From contig JASCQW010000119.1 of assembly GCA_030264375.1 (NCBI GenBank), forward strand, positions 11,007,896 through 11,071,895: 64,000 nt of DNA. The letters are read 5' to 3'. Both the position numbers and the translations under genes were made by a program. Positions 53,906 through 64,000 of the stretch are shown one piece after another; positions within the stretch are counted from its first letter, which is position 1, and the number at the start of each line of letters is the position of its first letter. The notes beneath the pieces were generated by a model. That model ran no database searches. It saw nothing but the letters and a program-made list of their open reading frames with translations, and was not told where the DNA came from. This DNA is from Carcharhinus longimanus (Eukaryota).

Positions 53906-53941
53906 AGCTGGAAGCTTTGCAGAAGAAAATTAATGAGTTAG
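53906..53941 (+). CDS. 36-nt microexon, (E)LEALQKKINEL
   Basis: gttttgttttcag|AGCTGGAA...GAGTTAG|gtgagt. Confidence 0.92.
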   Translation, partial: SWKLCRRKLMS

Positions 53942-55970
53942 GTGAGTTGCTGGATCTGTACACTATTGGAAATCATACCTTGCCGTTCAATCACCCACCA
54001 CGCAGACTTGGAAACATATCGGCCGTTCTTTCATTGCTCCTGGACCAATATCCTGCAACTTCCTTCATTGCAGCAATCTGTGTGCGCCTACATTTTAGGG
54101 ATTGCACTTCGCGAAGGCATCTCAGCACCAATTTCTCAAGGGTTTGTCAGGATGGACAAAAAATGCTTGTCAACCAGCGAGCCCCACATCCCATCAATTG
54201 CTGTTGCGTTTGGAATGACTACTGCACAGTATGCCGTTGTGGCATTGTGTTTTTGTCGGAAAAGAAGGCGACACTCAATTTGTTTTTCCTTCATGTTCCC
54301 AATACAGTGAGAAAGATCACATATTAGCTAAATAAAATACATTTTGAAACATGTGACAATGTATTTAACCCCATCTCCATGTCTCAATCATTCATCCCTT
54401 TATCGTTGAAATCTATAATGAAACCTCGAGGAATCTAACGTTAATGCTTCCCCTATATTATGTTGCCTGTTATTATTGCGATTTTTTGCATTCCTTTATT
54501 AGTGACCACACTTAAAAAAGAGCGGCCATTCATCCACCCTCACGTTAAGCCACTAGATCCGATCTGATTCGGCGATTGGTAGAACAACCGGATCAAATCT
54601 TTCTTTCGTGGCGCTCAGCGATTTTTAAAGTCATTTGCGAGGCACTTACTTGCGCATAGGCAGCGAATTCAACGCCATGTCCGCATTGAACATACGTCCT
54701 TATTTTACAAATTAACAGAACAAAAGCTAAAGGCTGGTGAGAACAGAATTGTAATTTCTTTCAGTCCAGCATACTTACTGTTTGTTTGTATATATTGTTG
54801 TTTTCCTTCTACTGCCTTTTTGCTCTCCTTTTTAGACCCTATCAAAAACACTACGTCGTTGTCAAAACTAAGGAAAACTTATTTAAAGTTTGATATATTG
54901 TTGGAAAGTTTTTTTTCAAAGGAGGACAGTGAAACATACATGTTTGAACAGATGGATNNNNNNNNNNNNNNNNNNNNNNNNNNNNNNNNNNNNNNNNNNN
55001 NNNNNNNNNNNNNNNNNNNNNNNNNNNNNNNNNNNNNNNNNNNNNNNNNNNNNNNNNATACATGTTTGAACAGATGGATGGGTTAAGAATGTTGTACTAA
55101 CGACATAATCCAGATATTCGCAGTGTTCACTCTGGAATTTCAAATCTAGATCCCTTCCTTACGCTCCCATGAAGTAACTTCCGCCATTTTGTCGACGTCT
55201 ACGAATGCAATTTTATAGAGGAACTCAAAGCGCAAAGACAAACAGACACTTGTACCGCTTAATTTGAGAAGTATTATTTGCTGGTTATTATGGTGTGCCG
55301 GGCTAACAATGTCTCAGATCAGAGTTGAATGTGATCACCCATCCACAGAGGTCGCGGTTAACATGCATCGATCTCCTTATTTGAAAATGGAAATTTACCA
55401 TGACTTTTAACCGCAAGCAACAAGGTCAAATCTGATCCAGAAATCTATGGTTTCGAATCACGCTCTGGCGACTTCGGGCAATAAGGCAGGTTGACTTTTC
55501 CAGTCCGATACTGCGAAAGGAGTGTTGTATTCTCGGAGATGTCTTCAATCGGATTTAGCATCGGATTTAGTTTCAGACTACGAATCATTGGGAGTACCCT
55601 CTGACTTTGATGTTCCTGGTAGCCTGCGCCGATATACAGCTGCAATTGAAACTGCACACTTAAACCAGCTGATTAAGATGCTGTGCTGTTTTCTGAATAC
55701 TGTGATAAGCCGATTGGCTACCTCTTTTTGGTACATGACACCTGCGTCTGCATTTAAAACAACGAATCCATTGACTGTTACGAGGAGATTAATGCCAATT
55801 TATAAAATAAGATTTATGTTAGTTCTTGCCTTCTCGACCATCAATTTATGCGGTCTTTGTTATTGATATTATTTTCTGACGATCTGCAACTTGCGCCCGC
55901 AGCAGTGTGATAATTAAAATGCCACAATCTGTGCTGTTTAAAAATATTCACGTTTGTATAATTTAAACAG

Positions 55971-55997
55971 ACGAAATAAGTCTTGAGAAAATGAGAG
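55971..55997 (+). CDS. 27-nt microexon, (D)EISLEKMR
   Basis: tttgtataatttaaacag|ACGAAATA...ATGAGAG|gtatgt; completes a 21-aa module with exon 53906. Confidence 0.78.
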
Positions 55998-56214
55998 GTA
56001 TGTGTTTCTTGTACATTTTTCATGTTTAAATTTCCAATGGAGAGCGAGAGTGATTGATTGTTTCAGAGCAGGAAGGCAGCAATGGAAATAAATGATCAAA
56101 ATGTGCAATTATTGCACGTACATCTGTTTCTTTTTTTTGTCGATAGTTAAATCCAGGACTGCGCTCCTGATCGATAGCAAAAAGCATTTCAATTAAGATA
56201 AGAACTTTGGAACT

Positions 56215-57880
56215 TCCCAGGGTGGGAATGTTAATTTCTACGGGACGTGCGATTAAGGTAAAAGGAGGAAAGTTTAAAGGAGTTGTGAGAGATTTTCTCT
56301 TTTGCGCAGAGTTTGTTAAGTACTTACAACGCAATGTCAGAGGAGATGGTACAAACAGATACAAATGCAATGTTTAAGAAGCATTTTTTTCCAGTACATG
56401 AATGAGGGAATAGTAGGAATCATATGGAGGCAAAATCTACTTAGTTCAGAGAGGCGTCACTTGCGGGCACAGGTTTGGTGGGCCGCAGGGACTAACCCTG
56501 TCCTCGTGCTCTGTTCTACTATCCATTCGACGGCAGGGCCTGGTGCGTATAGGAATAGGAAAAGCATCTTGACCGGGAAGATTGGGATGTGGGTCATGAA
56601 AAAAAAACTCCATCAGTTTCTCAAAAAATGTGGGTTGCACTCTCACTGTTTTATCCCCTTTCCCTTGGAAAAATCCTTTATATATTGTACAAAACTCCCT
56701 TTAGTAAAGTGATATCTGAAATATGTTGACATACTTTCAAACAAAAAGTTCCCTGTACACAACAAAGATAAAAATATGAATATCCCACCAAGAAACATTG
56801 CGAATTCGATTGTATTCTTCTGGCCATGTTGATGCGGAAAGCAACTTCCACACCCAGTCCATGAAGTTCCGTCTCGATTTGAATAGACATCGATTTTGAA
56901 AAATGACACACAAGTCTGTATAAAAAGAAACTGAGAATCCTGGGTAAGAACGGTTTATCCAAATCGACATTAAAACAAAACGGCATGACTGAAAACAGCG
57001 AATCGTGGCAAATGTTCATTCTGAAGCTTTATTCGAATGCTACCAAATTTGGAGGAGGGAAAGCAGTGAGAATTGTTCAATTCGTCTCTCATATAGTATA
57101 TAAACTAACAGACGGGTCGTCAAGCACCAGAAATATAGTCATATAGAAAAGTGCATTTGATCTGTCATGCATTTTGACAGAAGGGATATAGAAAGCAACA
57201 TAACTTTAATAGCAGAGTAGCATTGAGCATGCAAGAGCTGACAGAAACAAGCGAGCAGGGACATCGATCTGTGAAGATGGCAGACTAATTTGACAGTAAG
57301 TAGCAACGTTATGATCAGGGGCATTACGCATTAAACAAAGGAATTTATGGTGCACCATTCGAGAAATCTGGCCAGGCCCCAATTGGAGCATTGTGTCTAG
57401 TATCGAGCACCACATTGTGGAAGTATGTGAACGTCCTCGAGAGCGTGCAAAAGAATACCAGAGAGGTTCCAAGGCTGGAGCGCTTTGGTTCAGAGTTAGG
57501 TTATAAAAGACGGGATTGCATCTGTTTGCAGTAAAGAGTAATGACAGAAGATCCCGCAGAAATACAGGAGATTTTGACGGATGTTGATGAAATATGTTTC
57601 CGACTGAATGATATCACGTGGGCAAGCAGAAGCCGACCTAACAGTTCGGCGCGTAACGCAGGGAGATTCGAGGACATTTCTGCCTTCCTTAATCAATGAG
57701 TGGTAATGGGGGTGGTAGAAGAGGAGTGGTGAGCTGGTGATGGGCGACTTGTGAATGAAATGATCAGCCCTTACAGGAACGAACACTGCTGGCCTTTGAG
57801 AAGGTCAAAAGCACTGACCCGATTCATCTGTGGAGAGCCGACATTGACTCAATTGCCTAAATGTCGCCTTTCTCTTGCAA
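56215..57880 (+). mobile_element. Decayed CR1 3' fragments (about 56215-56520 and 57040-57880)
   Basis: aaggtaaaaggaggaaagtttaaagg; ggccccaattggagcattgtgt (RPQLEHCV); gagcgtgcaaaaga. Confidence 0.6.
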
Positions 57881-58657
57881 GAAATACTATATCATTTCGG
57901 TCAACTTAATTTTTAATCTTCTCTGTTTGAAAGAGTAGAATCCGAGTTTTTGTAAACTCTCGAGATGGTAGAAGTCTCTTGTCAAGTATTGGAAGTAATC
58001 TCGGACTCCCGTGTGTGTGTGAATTTTCTCTCCCAGATATACAGTTTTGTAGCTTGCCTTGTGCAACAGTGTGGAGTTTTGAAATCGGTTGATATATGTG
58101 ATCGCCAACGAATTGCCTGTTTGGATCCCGTCCGATTTTCTTTTCACGAGAATTTAACGGAAAACTATTTGGAATAATGATAATGAATGCATGAACATAC
58201 TGAAACACAGTGTAGACAGTGCAAAATTGTTTCTTCCCATTAGCCGGTAATGCATTGACAAATGGACGCAGATTTAAGGTTTTAAGAGATATAGGCGCGC
58301 ATATACACACATATTGAAAAATGACTTTACATTTAATGCATGCATTCTTAAAAAAAAGGTCATGGAGAACGTGTATGGCGGCTGCGTACTATATTCCAAT
58401 GTCCAATCGGACTGAAAAATCGGCACTGTCAATAAAAAAAACCATAATGTGCTATCTGAGATTCATTTCACCCCTTGAAAATGTATCGAAAGTTCAATAG
58501 TTATGACTGTGTGTGATACAACGGACTTTTTTCTTTACACTGGTGCTGCTGGTACACTTGTCACTTGTTAGATCACGATCCAGCAATTAATACGACGAAA
58601 GGTATACACAAGTGGTAAATTTTCGTAATCGAGTTTTTTTTTCTACTTATTTCACAG

Positions 58658-58693
58658 AGTTAGAGAAACTGAGGACGGACAGCCTAGCTTTAG
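58658..58693 (+). CDS. 36-nt microexon, (E)LEKLRTDSLAL
   Basis: ttttttctacttatttcacag|AGTTAGAG...GCTTTAG|gttagt. Confidence 0.88.
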
Positions 58694-61447
58694 GTTAGTA
58701 AACACTGTGGATCTTTGTTCGCGTTTGCAACTCCCACACCCACTCTCCTCCCCACTCCCACCTCCACTCGCTGCAACGTATTCACGTTTTTCCTGTCTTC
58801 TTGATATTGTTTTTATTTTGGTTTCGTTCAGCCGTAGAAGGGGGGCTTGTCTGCAACCTGCATTTAACTCATCGAAATCATCCTCGCGAAATCAACAGCG
58901 TTATGGTGATCACTAATCTTACCATTAATGTCACCATCACCAAAATATTTCAGGCTGCAGTGCCTTAATGGCACGCCTTCAGCTTGCTTCACTGTTTATT
59001 CCTTCGAAAACGATGTCGTTAGGCATGCATGTTGTGCATTACAAATGTGGACTTTTGATTGTAAAACCATTGCAGACATACTCATCAGGAACAGCATCAT
59101 AATTAACTGCAAATTATTCAGAACTTCTTGTTGCCAGTTTCTGAACATATTTATAGATTATAAACTAATTCTGGCTTTGTCAGAGACTCTCAGATACCAA
59201 CAATAAATTACAAAAGAAAGTGACGGAACAAAGTTTGAAATGTGTGTGCTCCAAGTGGAAATCTGTCACGCGAGCATGAATGGGCTTGAGGAACGGAAGA
59301 AAACTAGGTAAATGAAAATGTATGTTACATCTGCAATGTTTATACGTACAACGATGAGAGGCCAGTAAATTAATACAAACCACATAACTATATCTGCATT
59401 TCATTTCGCACGCGGCTGCACACGAGGACTCATCGGATAATTGCAATGCCTATATGGTTGACAACGGCGGGGCAAGCTGCTGGAAACACAAACTGATTAT
59501 TGGACTGTACAAACTACGAATTCTCCGATGTGAGCAAGACAGGAGAATTTAGCGCTCAATCAAATCTCCATTCATAGCAAAGTCCAAAGAATCACAGCCG
59601 CAGATAATGGTATGAAATGCTGGTCAAAATTAACTAGTCGAGAAAGGAAAGGATATACTGAATCTTCATTAAACATTCTACTGCCCAGTTGGCCGAATAT
59701 TGGTTTTGAAGTTCTGTTCTCCACAGGTTACATCTGGCTGCACCTTAAAAGAGGCGCTAAGCGTCACCAGAAACATTATCTCAGGCATTGCGCAGGAATA
59801 TCCTTGAAAGTTCAAACTTTGGTTGCTAATAATTTTGCACAGAAAGTTATGGATAATGTGATCTAAATTGGCGACTTCGATCCAATCACTTAGCAACAGA
59901 GTTAGGAAGTGTTACAATGCAGGGGTTGATCTCTGTTTGAGGCATAATGCTGAATCCTCCAAAGAGGAACTGGTCATCTCATAATCTTTTAAAAGTGTAC
60001 GGAAAGGTGAACTGTCCTTCAATACTTTTTATTGGTTAACGAATAGAAATACCTGACACTCACTTTAAAATGAACATTTAACTTCTTTAAGGGAACTTTA
60101 ACTAAACAAAGAACATATCGAATAAGATTCAAACATAATTATGTTCAAATAAATGCAATGCCCATTCATTAATATAAAAAATACAATAATAGAAATTAGT
60201 CACTCTGAAGAAAATATATACAACCAAGATTTATGTTTTTCGGAACTTCCTGGAGTACCATAGTTGATTTCACTGTGTCTACGTTCTTTCTGATTTGGTA
60301 CATTTCACTGGTTAGATGGCGTACTGTCTTAAGAGATATCTGAAGCTGGCAGAGTGGACAGCTGCTGTCTCCCTCTCCAGACTTGAGACGTGGAAGTTGC
60401 TATGTCTTGTTCCCCCCGCCCCTTACATTTTATTTTATACCTCTGCTGACATATCAATTTCTCTACAGTAGGATTGGCATGATTTTCTCAACATTATCAC
60501 ATTCAAATATTACAGGTTCGTGGTAGCTTTGTGCCTGCTTCAAACTGATTGGGCGATTAAAAAAAACAAGACAAATTGTCTTGCTATTGCTTGACTTTTG
60601 ATGCAAATGTTTCAGCTTGGATTCTGTATGCTTTGCATTTTAAGCCTCCAAGCTCTGAAACAAACACTAGTTTTTAAAGGGACCATGCAATGTTTTTCGT
60701 ATCTCTCCTCCAGCATGTTCCAATTCTTTACACTTTTTAATATCAAATTGCAACTTCACAAATTTAATTTAGCCACAGCAGGCAAATTCGGAAGTATTAA
60801 AACCCCTTATGAGTAATTATTTCGAAGCGACCACTGAACCAATACCATCTCCAAATATTAAGCCCCAGAATACGCCAATCCACAGAATGCGTTGTCAACA
60901 ATACCGCCAACTAACACGCAATCAGGCACCCGGACTACCCGCCCTATTACATGCAGGACAAACAACATACGCAGAGAACTCCTGATCCCAAAAATTACCC
61001 CAATGCCATAACAACATCTCACTACCTTTTAAAACACCTTCTTCCGAAAACTCTGCGCCCCGACTACCCTATAAATAACAGGCAACGCACCCAACATCGC
61101 CAGGACCCGACCTGGGCAAATTACCCTCCATCCACAGCTGCAATTAACTCGTATCTCCCTTCAACGCCAGACCTGATAGCACGCGTAAGATACAGTGGCT
61201 TCCGCACAATTTTCGCTCTACTGCACAAGGTAGATTTTGACATTTGCATTGTGGTAACTTCCGATTTGAATTTGAGGTTTGAACATAAATATTCTAAACT
61301 CGGGTATACCGAAATAATGTATGAACATCTGGTGAAGAGAAGTAAATAATTGCTTTAACGGAATCACAGGACCAGAAAAACAAAGCGCGGAAGGAGGCCG
61401 GATCTCCCAAATTTAAACGTGTTTGCTTTTTTTGAAATAGTACAAAG

Positions 61448-61572
61448 GGCAGAATTTTAACGGCACGTATGTCCACGTTTCGTACGATACCGCTCGAGGC
61501 CAATGGAGAATGCTGTTCTCCAAGCCCGGCCCGTCCACGGAATCAGACGGCGGTGACAGTACAATTCCAGCC
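61448..61572. mobile_element. Short MITE-like element
   Basis: Imperfect terminal inverted repeats ggcagaattt ... aattccagcc; resembles the insert at about 10705-10830. Confidence 0.55.
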
Positions 61573-62119
61573 AAGGTATTGGAGTTTGGCCTGAGACATG
61601 CAAGTCATTTATTCCAATGGGACATACCTAATAGCTTTGCACAATATTCAATCGCATCTGATGCCACGCACTGATGTTGCTAAATCTTTGTCTTCTTGCA
61701 TCAGTGTAATGAAATTATCATGCAACCATTTATCGCTTTCTTGCGGATCAAGCTACACTGTCATACTCATTGCTACGTATGTCAATCTACTCCGCAATCC
61801 CTCTCAACAATGTCCAACTTGTATCTTCCCGAAACGAAGCAATCAGCCTGCTGCACTTAAGAAGAGATTTTCGTACTTCATAATGACTTCATTATTTCAA
61901 TTGTTCATAACGATTTAGAAATCTGATGGTCCCAGATATTTCTTTCAAGCATCAATATCAATTTGCCCTAACGCCTTCAATGTATGAATTCCGTCACCAG
62001 TAGGTAACTGCTGCAAATATTTGCATTCAACCTATGATAACAGCGGATAAATTCAGAGGCACAACTGTTCATTCATTTTGAATAAATGTGCAATCATCGT
62101 TTAAATATTCTTTGAACAG

Positions 62120-62146
62120 AAGTGACGTTCAATCAGAAACTGAAGG
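62120..62146 (+). CDS. 27-nt microexon, (E)VTFNQKLK
   Basis: tattctttgaacag|AAGTGACG...CTGAAGG|gtgagt; similar acceptor context (aacag) and terminal K-hydrophobic-K/R to exon 55971. Confidence 0.8.
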
Positions 62147-64000
62147 GTGAGTGAAATAAATCATTTCGAAATCGGTTTTGTGTTTTTTTTGACTGCCCTT
62201 TGAAATATTGTAAAAACTGGTTAAGCAAAAACATTACTTTGTAAATGAAGGGCATTCAGAAAAATGCAGTGCATAACCGTGAAACAATCATATATAGGAG
62301 GACGATTAAGTAACGGCAGAAAGGCAGGATGAGTTTAGAAAACTGCCGGAAATGTGAAGATTATCACTTACGTTCCTGCAACTTTAATAGATGAAAATAT
62401 AATAACTTGAACACTGAACCGACTCCGGACAATATTCTAAAATAAAATAACAATACGAATAAACCAGCTTTGCGGTTGAAAATTAATTGTGTGTCACTTA
62501 TGGAGACAACGATGATTTCGGACATTCCTTTAAGCTTAACGAGGAATCAATTACTGCAGAATACTCACACTATCTTAACTGAGAGTAAGTATATTAGAGG
62601 AAGTTAACACTTTAAAATTGGGGCAATTGCCTACATCCAAGCTGTTCCTATTTATTATTTCAAATGCGTTTATCATAATCATGTATATTTTTCAAATTCG
62701 GCAATTTTTGAGCAGAGAATTGAATATAAATTTATGTTATTTTAGAAAACTTCGGCCAATCTAGCATCTCTTTTGAAAGATAAAAAGACTTAATCATTAA
62801 GTGTACGATAAATAAGTACTTGTGCAGTTTGAACTCTTAAGGGGGACAATAGGTACAAATAGAATGTCCAGAGTTAGCTTACGGTGAGAAATATGCAACT
62901 GGCCTGCTTCCGAAAAGGACTGCCGAAATACCTTTGATAAAGATGAATGTAAGAGATGAATATAGAAAGTCAAAAGTCATCAAATCTAAGACAAATCCTT
63001 GAAGAAGTAAGACGATTAATACCTTGTACAAAACATATTACAAAGTGAAATGTATAATGGTTCTACGACTTCGGCTGTGCTCAGTAGCAATTAACGGTTC
63101 AAAAAGCACAGTAAAGATTTACGTGTGCTGATAACACAAGTATTAATGCAGCAAAGGGAAAAGTTGGTAAATGAATAATATGATAAAATAGATAAATGGA
63201 GTAAGTGAGTAATCATAACTGTGAGAGTCAGCTTTCCAGGCAGGACAATGCTCAGTCATCCATATTGCATAATGATGACAGATGGGAGAAGTTCCAAATC
63301 GTAATATGCTCACACATTATCTTCGGGTGCCAAGAAAATTTGGAAATCGCTGGAAGGTTATTCTGAATGTTTAGAATATAAATGTGAAGGTAGATAGCTC
63401 TGTGTGTTGCTTCATTTCCCCCAATCAAGAAGTGATTTATTTCCCATTGGAAGATTGGACCATAGGTCACAATATGTTACCAGGCATTAAACGAACTGAG
63501 CGAGAGGAGATTTGCGTAGCCCGGCCATGCCTTATATGGAATACAAAATTTTAAGTGTAAATTCATTAGCTGTTTTGCTTGCAAAATAAGATTGATAGAG
63601 CGTATGTTTCTAAATTGTGACGAGTCACGAGAACAGTAAAAAAAATCCATAAAGTTATCATATTCAAAAAGCGAGTAGTAAAAACAAAACGTCTGCACTA
63701 ACAACTGACAGGAATGCGGAGTTGGGTCGCATTGCATGCTCAAATGGTCATTAATTAAGGTTAGGGGAGACTCCCCTGCTGGTAAATGCAAATTTCACTG
63801 ATGATGGCGAATTGACAAGTTCAGTTCAACATTCCAAAACATTCGATGCCGGTAAGCAACAACATGTGACCAAGATCAACACTTGATTTGATAAGTGGTA
63901 AAGGTGAACCCCGCCGCGCAAAATTCAGAAAAGACAATGTTGACAATAGTGAATCAAAACTGACATTCACATTCAGCAGCATTATCTTCGCTGACCCCCT

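Larger units (their letters stand above)
2079..62146 (+). other. Partial multi-exon gene: array of 36/27-nt phase-1 microexons encoding a long E/K/L-rich heptad coiled coil (unnamed)
   Basis: 18 AG-exon-GT units, all on +, each exactly 36 or 27 nt and open in phase 1. They concatenate to 558 nt with no stop. Hydrophobic residues recur at module positions 2, 5, 9, 12 and 16, with K at 19. Confidence 0.88.

Noticed and set aside
53830-54327. 165-aa ORF in the supplied track
   Set aside because: Only the 36-nt exon inside it looks coding; the rest is intron read-through.
1-64000. Prokaryotic-type features (CRISPR arrays, operons, defence systems)
   Set aside because: The sequence is vertebrate intronic DNA; I saw no regularly spaced repeat-spacer array or gene-dense region.

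Overview
Eukaryotic, repeat-rich genomic DNA, most likely from a shark or ray: it carries many HE1-type tRNA-derived SINEs, decayed CR1 LINEs, a Rex1/Babar-like LINE and Penelope-like elements. It also has nine N-gaps. None of the supplied ORFs looks like an intact gene; they are transposon debris or chance ORFs. The main hidden feature is a + strand gene the ORF track cannot see. I read 18 canonical AG/GT microexons between 2079 and 62146, each exactly 36 or 27 nt and all phase 1-1. They join into a stop-free run of 186 codons: (G)NSHGDNSQTVT-[KEQLKKKDK]-GIKELQENLSFA-EKQLEKKTK-ELEEKTEALGET-AQNLLKKDK-ELQETNKSLDET-ECSALKDALTEK-NNALSQKEK-ELKRCAEQG-SSELEETEN-EVVRLKELLEES-EQNQKQKEK-EFKILLQNC-KEDIEEKES-ELEALQKKINEL-DEISLEKMR-ELEKLRTDSLAL-EVTFNQKLK. 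The bracketed unit is an extra copy with broken splice sites; without it the next junction residue is R, not G. The product reads as a heptad coiled coil built from 21-aa modules (36+27 nt) and 18-aa modules (27+27 nt). I see no start, stop or globular domain, so the gene probably extends beyond the window and I cannot name it. Exon calls come from splice motifs, length regularity and peptide periodicity only; there is no transcript evidence. Repeat boundaries are approximate.
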